DNA from: Lingula anatina
Lineage: Eukaryota; Animalia; Brachiopoda
Direction of reading: 5' to 3'
NCBI GenBank assembly: GCA_051362555.1
Contig: CM120643.1
Coordinates: 8,494,001-8,558,000 of the forward strand
DNA: 64,000 nucleotides
Of this stretch, positions 12,683 through 24,521 are shown piece by piece; within the stretch, counting starts at the first letter, position 1; the number at the start of each line of letters is the position of its first letter. The notes beneath the pieces were generated by a model. The model worked only from the letters and a program-made list of their open reading frames with translations, was not told where the DNA came from and searched no databases. A program made the translations under genes and the position numbers.

Positions 12683-13437
12683 CTTCATGTTACAGCATTG
12701 TTCACAGTGTCTATTTGAAAGGATCAGGTGTTTTTAAAGCATGCTTTCTGTTTTCTGGATGTAATGATTGGATCCAAAATGAGAAAGTGGGGATCACATT
12801 ATACATTATAGTTCTTGTTTTAAGATATGGGTCAGTTTTCTCCTATAAGTGTGTTGATGGATCTCCAAAATTTGTGCTAACAGAAGTACTGATTATAATG
12901 TGTGTAACTCAGAAATGAGTATAAGTAAGTAAACAATATTACATCTAGCATTTAAGGTAATACCCAGCTTATGTCTTTAGGAGGTATAAACAAACATGTT
13001 TTATGTATTTATGCTTATTTGCATTTGGTATAAAATGTTGGGAGGTAAACTGTAGTTTGTATGGAGAGAAGGGTGCTCTATGAATATAGAGAGTACACGT
13101 GAATGGCAGTGGCAAAGGTTACCTTATGATATCATCGGTGATTTAAGGTAGTTAATATGCAGATGTCATAATAATATATCTTGTTGATATGCAAATTTCC
13201 TCATACACCTGTACCTCATGGATAATGTATAAATGCAGGCTTTAATATAATGATAAGATAGAAATCTCAGCACTTGTTATGGTGCATTGTTATCTGACCT
13301 GTTGAAGAAGTTTTGTATTCATTGTTTGAAATAGCTCGGTTATGCCAGAAATCAGTTTATATAAGCTGCTATTGAATTGGAGAATAATAGTTGTGAGTTG
13401 ACCTGAACACTTGTTTTGTTTTTACATATATGTCTAA

Positions 13438-13554
13438 GGGACCGTTCACATGAAAAATCTATTTTCTAAAAATCTAAAAATCTATTGGCGGTATCTTGTG
13501 ATCACGGTCTGTGCCCTGAATACCCTGCAGTAGATTTTTCATGTGAACGGTCCC
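13438..13554. mobile_element. Harbinger/Tourist-like MITE
   Basis: 24-bp perfect TIR GGGACCGTTCACATGAAAAATCTA; TAA TSD on both sides. Confidence 0.85.
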
Positions 13555-14397
13555 TAAAGTAATATTAAAAAAGGAGTCATAAGTCACACTTAATGAACTT
13601 GTGAACTGAATGGTCTGTGTCAGCTTATAGAATAAATGTTCATAAATTTTTTTGGAGACTTTGAATTGAATGTTTAAAAGTTAAGATGAAAAGCAAACAA
13701 ATTTGTTTCACAGGTTTCAAAACAATCAAAGAACATGTTCTTTGACGCTTTACAGCAAATAGTTCATAAAACAGTTTTTTGCCCTTGAATTGCATTTGTT
13801 TTGAAAGTTGAAGAAAGAAATAGAAAAAAGAAATTTGTTATAACAGTTTTTTAAACTGTATGGAACTTGCTAGCTTGTGCAAAAGGATTTATGAATAATT
13901 TTAGGACTTTGAACATTGAATAGCTATGTAAAGTTATAAAGCAAGCCCAATTGTTATGTACAACAATTTTCAAGGTGGTCGTACACAAGATGCAGGTAAA
14001 GCATGCCTTTTGTCTACTGGTTGTGGAGTTTGTTTGCTTTATGTGCTCTGGCACAAGTCCGAATATGTACTAATTGAATTAGTTGTAAATCTTACAAAGT
14101 TAATCAAATTGTTTACATATAGGTATGTAGAGATTTGCAGGTGAAGTGTCCTCGTTAATTGATGTAAGATGGTTAAATTCCATGCCTTAGATTACCTGGA
14201 TTGCTTTTGTTTTATTGTTGCTAAGGAGATGTTAAAGCTGCTACATTAGGTATGTGCACAGACAGACAGTTTGAGAGATGGACAAATAAATAAGTTATCA
14301 AAATGATGCATCTGTGAAGATCTGCTCAAAAGATATATATATTTGTTAACAGAGAGAATGCCTCCCCCCCCCCCCCCCTCTCTCTCTGTCTCTCTTA

Positions 14398-14699
14398 GAT
14401 CGCATTCACAACGAGTTGAGCCATGGCTTTACAAATCCTGGATCTAAATATGGCGGACGTACATGAAAGAAAAAACGCCTAATCTTTTAATAGTCTCTCC
14501 GCCTCTCACACGCCTCCCCATGTGTCGTCCCAATGGAGCCGAGATTTAATGACCGTACCCCAGCAGGGACGACGCATGGGGAGGCGTGTGAGAGGCGGAG
14601 AGACTATTAAAAGATTAGGCGGTTTTTCTTTCATGTACGTCCGCCATATTTAGTTCCAGGATTTGTAAAGCCATGGCTCAACTCGTTGTGAATGCGATC
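14398..14699. mobile_element. Near-perfect palindromic Harbinger-like MITE
   Basis: Arms of about 130 bp fold back on each other; TTA TSD; near-identical copy at 40463-40764. Confidence 0.85.
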
Positions 14700-14990
14700 T
14701 TACTCTGTGTTGGTGAAAGCTAGCATCTGTGGTTGATATATATGCAAGCTAGTTGACAAGGTATCTTGGATAAGCTCACTTTCAGTGGTGTCTAGTAAAT
14801 TAATATACCCTAAAGCCACAGTCTAGTGCTCTGCCACTCTTTCCATATGTCATTTATATAAAGAGTAGCAAAGCACTAGACGATGACTGAGGTGAAAATA
14901 TCTTGACTGTGAGAAGGACATGTGCCCAGTGGTATATCAACTGAGGATGGAATACAAATGGGGTTGGGTATTAAAAAGAAGGAGATGGTA

Positions 14991-15162
14991 CAGGCCCGTA
15001 GCCAGGGGGGGTTTGGGGGGTTCGAAAGAACCCCCCTTTTTGCTGGAAAAAGGTCCACTTTGGGTAAAATTTGACCTAGGTACATGGGGATTATATGGTA
15101 AAAGGTCCACTTTTTCAGAAAAAGAACCCCCCCCCCCTTTGAAATTGCTGGCTAAGGGCCTG
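14991..15162. mobile_element. hAT5-like MITE
   Basis: Same family as 12506; TGGTA 5-bp TSD. Confidence 0.8.
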
Positions 15163-15669
15163 TGGTAGTTTACTCGAGCTGATTCCTATATATTTCTTTC
15201 TAGTCTGTAATAAGCTTATTCTCAATGTTTTTCCTCCACTGGTGCATTGTTTTTATAAGATGAATTAGTTGTTTATCTTTTCTGTTAAAATCAAACCTTT
15301 TGCTTAGTCATTGTAGAAGGGGTAACAGCGATGACTCAATTGAAATTTTTACGCAAACTTTCATTTTGGATACATGATATATTTATAAAGAAGTATTGTT
15401 AAAAAACCCCGAATGGTTCCTGAATTTATGTACAGTAACTAACTACTTTGTCCACCATTTTATGATACAGAAAACAAAACCAAAATAAAATTAGTTTGTG
15501 TATTTTGACATACTTTATGATATTTCACTTCAACCAATGTCAGATTTAAATGTTTAGTTTATTTTTATTTCAGTAATTCTTTGTTCACATTTATCATTAT
15601 TTTAGAAAATATTCAGTAGAATCTATGCTGATGGGTTCTATTTGTAAAGTTTAACACCAAATAGAAGTC

Positions 15670-15827
15670 TAGCACCAACACCCATATTAACCACATAACC
15701 CATGAATTAACCAACAATGCCAGAGCAGATGAATGTTAGTGCTAGGAATCACTCTGATTGTGATAAATACTGTACAGTGTGTTGGTTAATTTGTGGGTTA
15801 GGTGGTTAATATGGGCGTTAGTGCTAA
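15670..15827. repeat. Degenerate inverted repeat, probably an old MITE
   Basis: TAGCACCAACACCCATATTAACCAC..TTAACCAACA pairs with TGTTGGTTAA..GTGGTTAATATGGGCGTTAGTGCTA. Confidence 0.55.
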
Positions 15828-17237
15828 AAGATCTTATGGTTGCTTATGGTCCCTGGGCAGTAGTTGTCAGAGAGGAGAATAAGGAATGTTTTTATTGTAT
15901 GGTGACGTATATATTCCTTTGCATGACCTATACATTGACACTATGAACTTTGTGGAATTTTGTTTACTACCGTGATAAATAGTCTGGCAGACAGTGCCAG
16001 ACTGAAAGGTGAACATTTCCATTAATGATGTATTCACTTGTCCATTAGCTTTACCAGTGAAAGATAGTGGAAGGCCCAGGGTTTATAGTTTTCTGTTATT
16101 TTGTTTTAAAAATTTAAGTACTCAGATAAACTAAAAAAAAAAGAAAGAGGACATAGATTTATATATATTTTTTTAAATTTGGCCCAGATGTGCTCAGTTT
16201 CTTTCCTTTTCAAATTGGTTCTGTTCTAAAGTAAAATGATTTTCATGTCTAAAAGATGGTCTTTATGCTTTGTTTGATATTTATTACATTCAGGCTTATT
16301 GTTTCTTCACACTAGCAGGGATCCACTTATTAGATGTGCTTCTAATGGATCATTTGCATTTAGCTGTTTAGGATAAAAAGAATGATAGATTATTCGATAA
16401 TTTTGCCTCCTTTCTTGTCATCGCATTATTGGCATTTTGCAACAAGAGATTGATAGATTATTCTAGAAGTTTGCCATTTCTATCGCATATTGTATTTTAT
16501 CACGTACATATATACGACAAGTATTAATGGATTTTTTGTTGTTGTCTTTCCAGAATGACAAGCAAGCAGATTGACACTTCTGTGTCTTGATTTGTATTCG
16601 CTCAAACAAGCATTTCCCTGCTATCACTTAGAAGACCAACACCTGCAGAAGAGCAGACTTCTAGAATCAGGATGCGTCTCAGCGGCAAATCACCGATCAA
16701 TTTCTCTCCCACGCCACTTCGTGCATGAGGATACCATAACTTGGGTTTTTAATTAATTACATCAAAGCGAGTGTGAGAGATAAATCGAGTATTTGAAAGT
16801 CTTCTTTAACTTCACAAGGCATCATCTCTGTACCATATTGGCAAAGAAATTCTGAGAAAGACCCAGGAGCTATTTGATTCCTCTATATTCAACAGTCTCC
16901 GAGATATGAATCTGAACAGCATACTTTACATTCTAATCAAGTTTAGACACAGGAATTCAAGTTAAAGGATATCGCAGAGAGGATAGATGTTTGTTTTGAT
17001 CAATGCGAATCACATTTGGAATAGATGATTATAGCTATGGAATAGTTGTAGAAAGTACAGCTGTGGTCATTATGGCATGATTTGCCCAGTTTCCAGTTAC
17101 TGATCAGGTCACAGAGGGGAAACATAAAGGGATGCAGTGATATCAAATGGTAGAATCCAGATACAGAAGCAAAAATATTTTGTAGTGGTGCGAGGGTGCT
17201 TTTGCTGTTGTGTTGCAGTTTAAAAAAAAGATTCAAG

Positions 17238-20200
17238 ATGGGGGGATGCAACAGTATGTGTATTCCGCACAAAAACCCAAATAAGGTGACTGAGAACCAC
17301 GTCAAGATAAAAAGCCATAAGAGAAATCTCAGTGCCACCTTCAACTGGAACATTGACAAGAACGACAATGTTGAACAGTTAAACGTGAACATGGCGACCG
17401 AGGAGGAACTGATGACGTTACCGGGCATCAATCGCGCCACGGCACATAATATAGTGGAATACAGAAAACAGATTGGAGGTTTTCGTAAAGTGGAAGATTT
17501 GGCCCTTGTGTCGGGTGTTGGCGCGACAAAACTAAATGTAATTCGACTGGAGGTTTGTGTGGGCAGTAAGAAGACATCTAAAACGAGCTCTCCTATTGGC
17601 AGCAAACACGACCTCAGCACCGTCTATGAGAAAACCCCCAATGAAGCCAAGATGGGAAAATCCTCGACCTCTTCCAAAATGAATATCAACACAGCCAATG
17701 TGTTTCAGTTAATGAGAGTGCATGGAATAAACCAAACTACAGCAGAGAATATTGTCGCATACAGGGACAGGAAGGGCCCATTTCGGACGCTTGACCAGTT
17801 AGGCAGAGTCAAGGGCATAGGCCCCATAATTCTTGGTGCTATTAGACATACACTTACTGTGGACGGTTATTCGCCAACTTCTTCCGTAAATGGGTCAGTC
17901 ACAAAAAATGGTAGTAACAGTGATATAAAGAACTGCTCATTATCAGGGGCAGGAGATTCAAAATACAGCAGCGAACAACAAAAAGATGGCACCCCATCCG
18001 GGGCCTCAAAAAGCGACTCGAGCTCTCCGGTTCATAACAATAACATAACCACCAATGTCGTATTGACTAATGGCGAGGAAGGAGGCTCAGTCTGGGATGT
18101 GAGCAAACTGATTGGTCCTATGACAGAGAAGTCGGTCCGGCCTACAGTTGAACCATTTGAATTTGAACGCAATAACAGGCCTGCTCTACGTATAGCCACC
18201 TGGAGTGCCGAGCGGTGCTGTTCCAATAAAATCAGCAACCCAGGAGTGAGGGAGGTGATCTGTATGACTATACTGGAGAATGGGTAAGTTATACTATGAC
18301 ATACTGGAGAATGGGTATGTTATACTATGACTATACTGGAGAATGGGTATGTTATGCCATGACTATACTGGAGAATGGGTGTGTTATGCTATGACTATAC
18401 TGGAGAATGGGTATGTTTTGCTGTGACTATACTGGAGAAAGGGTATGTTATGCTATGACTATACTGGAGAATGGGTGTGTTATGCTATGACTATACTGGA
18501 AAATGGGTATGTTATGCTGTGACTATACTGGAGAATGGGTGTGTTATGCTATGACTATACTGGAGAATGGGTATATTAAATTATGACTATGCTGGAGAAT
18601 GGGTATGTTATGCTATGACTATACTGGAGAATGGGTATGTTAAATTATGACTATACTGGAGAATGGGTATGTTATGCTATGACTATACTAGAAAATGGGT
18701 ATGTTTTGCTATGACTATACTGGAGAATGGGTATGTTATACTATGACTATACTGGAGAATGGGTATGTTATACTGTGACTATACTGGAGAATGGGTATGT
18801 TATACTATGACTATACTGGAGAATGGGTATGTTATACTATGACTATACTGGAGAATGGGTATGTATTGCTGTGACTATACTGGAGAATGGGTACTCTGTT
18901 TTGCTGTGACTATACTGGAGAATGAGTGGACTGCCAGAGATGGATCTGTGGAGTGTGAGACAGTGGGCATATGGTGGAGAATGGAGGAGAGTGTGTGGGT
19001 TAATGAATGACTGTAAGTGTTTATTCTATGTCTTAAAGCAGCAGGTGACATATGTTTATTAGATGTATGGTATCAAGGCTTTAATATATGTAGTACAGTA
19101 CTAGTAGCCTCTTTTCTTCATCATCTTACTGGCAGAAGAATATGTTTCATATGTATCAAGTCAGCTGTTAACCCTGAGAATTCTTCATCAGAAACAAAAT
19201 AGATAACTTTCTTCAAACGGAAATTGTTTTTTTTCTGTCTGGTCATAAATTCTCAGCTTTGTGTTAAAGGCATTCTGTATGCTTTGATAGGGTGCCCTTC
19301 ATGTGGGTGATTATTTGAAATCAATGAAGATTTTTTTCCCAATGGCTCTTTAGGTTCATTGACTCAGTCAACTAGGAGTTCTTGCACTCTCGACCGGAAG
19401 GGAAAAAAAAAAAAATTTGTATTGCCGATATTGATATTTTATATGTTATCTTACTGGTGGATGGAGCATATCCAGAAGGAACCCATTTTTATCATTTTTT
19501 TTGTCATAGTGTGGTTGATCCTGTCTGGATCAATTTAGCGGTGCATTTATTTATGTTTTATTATCATAGCCCTGTTGTGGATCTTAGATTTTCTTTTCGG
19601 GTTCCAGGTCTTCTATGATAAGCAGTATTAGCCAGATTTTTCTACCCTTTGGTACTTTTCATGATTTCTCATTTTTCTTGTCTGGTCAGGAATTTCATCC
19701 ACCTCTGCAGGTTGGTGCTTTTTGAACATGAACATTCAAAATACAATAATGAGCAGTATCCCTTTTTACTTCTAGCTTCATTTCTTTGGTGAAATTTATA
19801 CTAGCGTGCAATTCCTCATATGTTAGGGCTCCTGGGTACCTCGTTTTAAGTTATTTTATTTGTATCACAGATGACTTTGAGATCAAAAAGTCCCAGACAT
19901 ATTATAACGTGCATACAAACACGGCGTCACATTTGACTGCCTTCTACCCCTCGCTGTGCCCTATAATATATTTCTCCTATCTGTGGTTCAACATCGGCTG
20001 CGGCTCTCCATAGACTGGCATAGTGTGACTTGAAATACAGTAATTACTCGATCTTTTCAATGGGTGCATTTTAGGGAGACTGTATTTTTCAAGTCATTTT
20101 TTTTTAATTAAAACATTCTTATTGAGTGGTAGCAACAAAATTATAAAACCGGCTACTCTATAGTTCTATTCTTTGCAGTAAAAGCACCACAAATGTTATA

Positions 20201-22483
20201 TAGAAATATAATTTTGTGATATAAATTATGTATCTGAAAGTTTGATAATTTTGCCCATTGAAAAAGATTGAGTCATTACCCTGTGTATGTGAACTCCACA
20301 TGCGTAAACCACTTGCGTATTTCAATTCATCTCTGCTACTTAGGGTGCTTTCCCAGAGATTTAGATCGATCTAAAGATTAAGTTTTAGATCGACCTAACT
20401 CCCTGGGGGTTCAGGCTAAATTGCAGTCAGCCGAGCGGACACCATAGTTAATTACCACCTTACAGCTTTTAGTAGGCGGGACAGACGCTTAAGCTGGCCA
20501 AGCTGACAGTAATCTAGTGAGACTCCCCACAGGGATAGATCGATCTAAAAATCTATGGAAATGGGGTGTTATATTGCATTTATTACATCATAGTACCTTC
20601 CTTGATTTCTCATTTTTATGGCTGGTCAAGTGCTGGTCAAGTGTTTCATCCATGATTTTATCACGGGATGGACAGCATTTACTTTGTTATCGAACACAAT
20701 GTAATAAATCTGCTGCAATGCCCAAGTGTCTAGGCACAAAGATTAGATTGATTCTTTAATCCTCTGTTCACCTGGTCAGGTACTATTAATACCTAGAGCT
20801 ATGCGCTAATTGCTTTACCTGTGCAGATAACATGGTCTAGAAGGCAAAGGCAGGTAGTGCGTCCATAGTCTAAAGGCAGGATTGAAAGTTACGTAGATAG
20901 GTCATTTACTAACCGCATTTCAAACACAGTTGTCAAGTGACAAATATGTGAACTTGCAACCTCTCTCCTGCTCACCAACAACCTCCTAAATATGTGTTGT
21001 GCAATATCAAAGCTAACATTTGTTTTACATACTAGAAAATTTAACTTGAGATTTATTAGACGTTGTACTTAAACTGGTCAACAGTTTCAAAGTAAATTTG
21101 CAGATGGGAATCTTCCTCTAGTTTTTCAGCTCTGTGTATAGTTCTGATACTTATGTATTCTTCACATTTTAACTGGGAATTTTCTTTGGTTTTGGGACTT
21201 ACTCTGTTAGTCATGACATAGTTCACAGCAGGACATCGTATTTTGAGAGTTATAATTCTGTTTATGCCAATGTCCCAGCCACCATAGCAGCACCCATTCA
21301 TTACTAAGTCTTTCTTACTAGTCTTAGCTCCCTTTACACTGGATGGCATCCTTTCTGTGTTCTGTAATAGGCCCCGTTTCAGAGAAAAAAAAGAAATTAC
21401 GTGCTGACAACTGGCCAATCATTGAGCATTCTTTCTGCAACCAAAGTGATGCTTGTGCTTTTTTTCTACGACTACAGCGATGCCAGTTTCATGGTCTGGC
21501 AAAGGACACAGAAAGGATGTGGTCCAATGTAAAGGAGGTTTTACAACTCGATATCTTGTTGATGATCTTTTTTTAACCTGATGAATATCAGCTTTTACTA
21601 AATACCAAACATATTCTGACTCACTTGTTTACTAGTACTGTAAAAATGCTCTAAAAGCTCTAGAAGAGAACTTGTTTGTACACTTTGTCTAGGTGATACT
21701 AAATCTATTTTTCCACCATTTTTTTTCATTCTGAAATGGCAAATGATAAAGTGTCAGTGAGAGTTGTTCTCCCCAAGGCTGTGATAAGTTGGTGTTTACA
21801 CGCAAGGTCTGGTTTGATCATATCTTATATGAATCATCTTCTTGTCATTATATTTATCCTATTCCCTCAGCGTTATCCTCTTATGTTTATTTATATTATT
21901 GGAATTCACTTTTCCTCAATGTTAATATTCAATTATTCACTTAGATTTGCTGCAAAGATATGCTGATCAGGATATTGATTTAAAGCTTGTCATTCAGGTC
22001 ATTTTCTTTCCGATATTTTCATACTGGCTAACCTATCTCCCATCCTTTTCTTTCTTACTAAAAACTGCTTCACATCCACAGATCACATTGTTGTTGCCTG
22101 TGGCCAGTAATGTCAACAGGGTTATTTATTGTTGAAATAGTGACCCCCCCCCCCCCCCCCATCCCCTTTATTTGACCCAATATGAGGAATGACACAGAAA
22201 TTATAGTTGATTTCAGAGTGTACTTTTTCTGGCCAAAAGTGCAGTACTTTTGAACTCCTTACCTGCCCTGCCCTGCCCTGCCCTGCCCCCCCCCCCCAAT
22301 CCCTCCTGCTTCACGGCCTGTTGTTAATCATAGATGTAAATTAGGTGATAATACTTAGAGTTAATGACCTCACATATTCCATGAATATATTTGTTGAGAG
22401 TGAGCTTTACTATCTGAAAATTTTTGGTCAGGCAGACTTGCAGATTTTCCTGCTTTTGTAGATATTTCATTTCATGTGTTTTT

Positions 22484-22535
<52 letters not shown>

Positions 22536-24490
22536 TAATAGCTGATAATTGCATTAATCTTTTAGAGTGGTTGTTTTCTCACACTGAAATGCCATCCTAG
22601 GTATTATATGTCCACCAATAAGATAATGAATGATTTTGTAAAGTCACTATTGTCTTGAACTGCAACAACAATTATTGCTGAACTTGTATCAAAAATGAGA
22701 TAAAAATAACTGCATTCATAAGGGAGAATATTCTGTATAAAATGTTTTGCTGTTGGTCTCTAGCTTTGAGCTATGATAGTATGCGTCAAAAGACACCTCA
22801 AAAATAGCTTTTGTATTTGCATGCATGTGTGCGTGCTGGAGTGCGTATGTAATCAACGTACATCCTTTTACACCTGGCGTTTAGACGTCACTATGTGCGT
22901 ATGAATTCACCTCAAAAATGTCCACTGACTCCTTCCACATGAAAGGTTTTCTTCATATATATATAGTAAATTTTTTTGTCTTTGAAATATCATATCAACA
23001 ATCTATCCAAAACACATTATTTTATAGATAACAGCAGTCGTGCTGTTACTATTGGACTAGTAATGGGGTGGTGTTGTGGCTATGAAACGTTAAAATATAT
23101 GACCCGCCTGAAGGGCTATCTATGTTGGAACGTATATTTGCCATATTTGTGGTTTGAATGTACCCCTGTATGTGTAAACAAGTCAGTATATGAGGACAAC
23201 CAGAGACCTCATATTTTTCTTGAGATATGTAAATTGTCAACTGGAAGGAGTGGACTCCACAAGGCCATTAAAGCATTTTGTTTTTGTTATTTTACCAAAT
23301 TTTTTTTGTCAAATGAATGGTTGAGTGTGAAAAATAAAGCAATCATATCCATACAGTTTTTTAAAAATTGTCTGAATGATATTTTTTCTGAATTTGGCGA
23401 AAGTCATACAAGAGACAAGAGATGGATCATATTATACTGTAATATTCTTGATGGATCTGTTTTTATAATTGCTAAGACTAACTACCTCAATTTCCTGTGA
23501 CACACCATAATGATGTTACTGTGCCATGATTATATCTTATGTTTGTGGAATTCCTGACAGCAGTTGCATGGCCATGCAAAGGAGGCCTCACTTACCAAAT
23601 TGGTTTTTATTTTTGGTGCATTGAGTTTCTTATAGGTCATCACTGTGTTAGGTATCTGCATAGTATATTGCCAGAATGTGAGATTAATATACATATATGT
23701 AAAAAACGGAATCTCGTGTGCTAAATTCTTACATCCAGCGAGGGCATAGTATATCTGCAAAGGCTCATTCCCATTAAAACTATTGTTCATGTGTGTAGAG
23801 CGATCCAAATCTCGCTGATTGCAATCAGTTTAACTGATTAAAACACCTCATTTCTGATATACTTGTATAATCAGCAGATTTTCTGTAATCTATTGAATGC
23901 CTGGAGGAGGTATGTTAATCTGTTACACTGGTTGCATTCAGCAAGAATCCCAGCTTAGTTCTATGTAGACTTACAGTTTCAACCACAATTTAGTATTTTT
24001 TGCAAAATACAACTTTTAAGTGCATACAATGAGAACATTGAAGAAACTGCACTATTTAGATTCTAATATTAGTAATTCTCTGTTACATTAGATAAATAGA
24101 TATACAAAAAGATAGCACAAGAAATTCTTTATCACCTACTGTGAGCAGTTTGATAGTAGGTTTATGAAGATTATAAGATAACCAGTGAGAAAATTGAAGT
24201 ACACTTTTTGGATATTTCAGTCCTTAATTAAGTCTATTTTGGATTGTATGATAATATGATTTGTGTAAGAAAAATATCCTGATGCGTTGTTTGTGTTTCC
24301 AGGTTGAGCATCATTGCCTTTCAAGACCTTGCAGATTCTCAAGCTCTGAACAAGGTAAATTGGGAGTGAAAATTTTTAGATGTGGGATTTTAGGGTTTAT
24401 AATGTAATAATAATGGGATTATGTGTAATAACTAACATCCATTCATACAAAGACAAGTGATAAACTCTCTCTCAATCTCCCCTCCTCCCT

Positions 24491-24521
<31 letters not shown>

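Noticed and set aside
17000-17620. 206-aa minus-strand ORF
   Set aside because: Antisense shadow of the EEPD1-A coding exon with no recognisable motifs.
18263-18925. CRISPR-like regular array
   Set aside because: Contiguous head-to-tail repeats without unique spacers, eukaryotic context and no cas genes; it is a minisatellite.
22976-23500. 174-aa intronic ORF
   Set aside because: Non-ATG start, composition typical of AT-rich non-coding DNA, and no family similarity.
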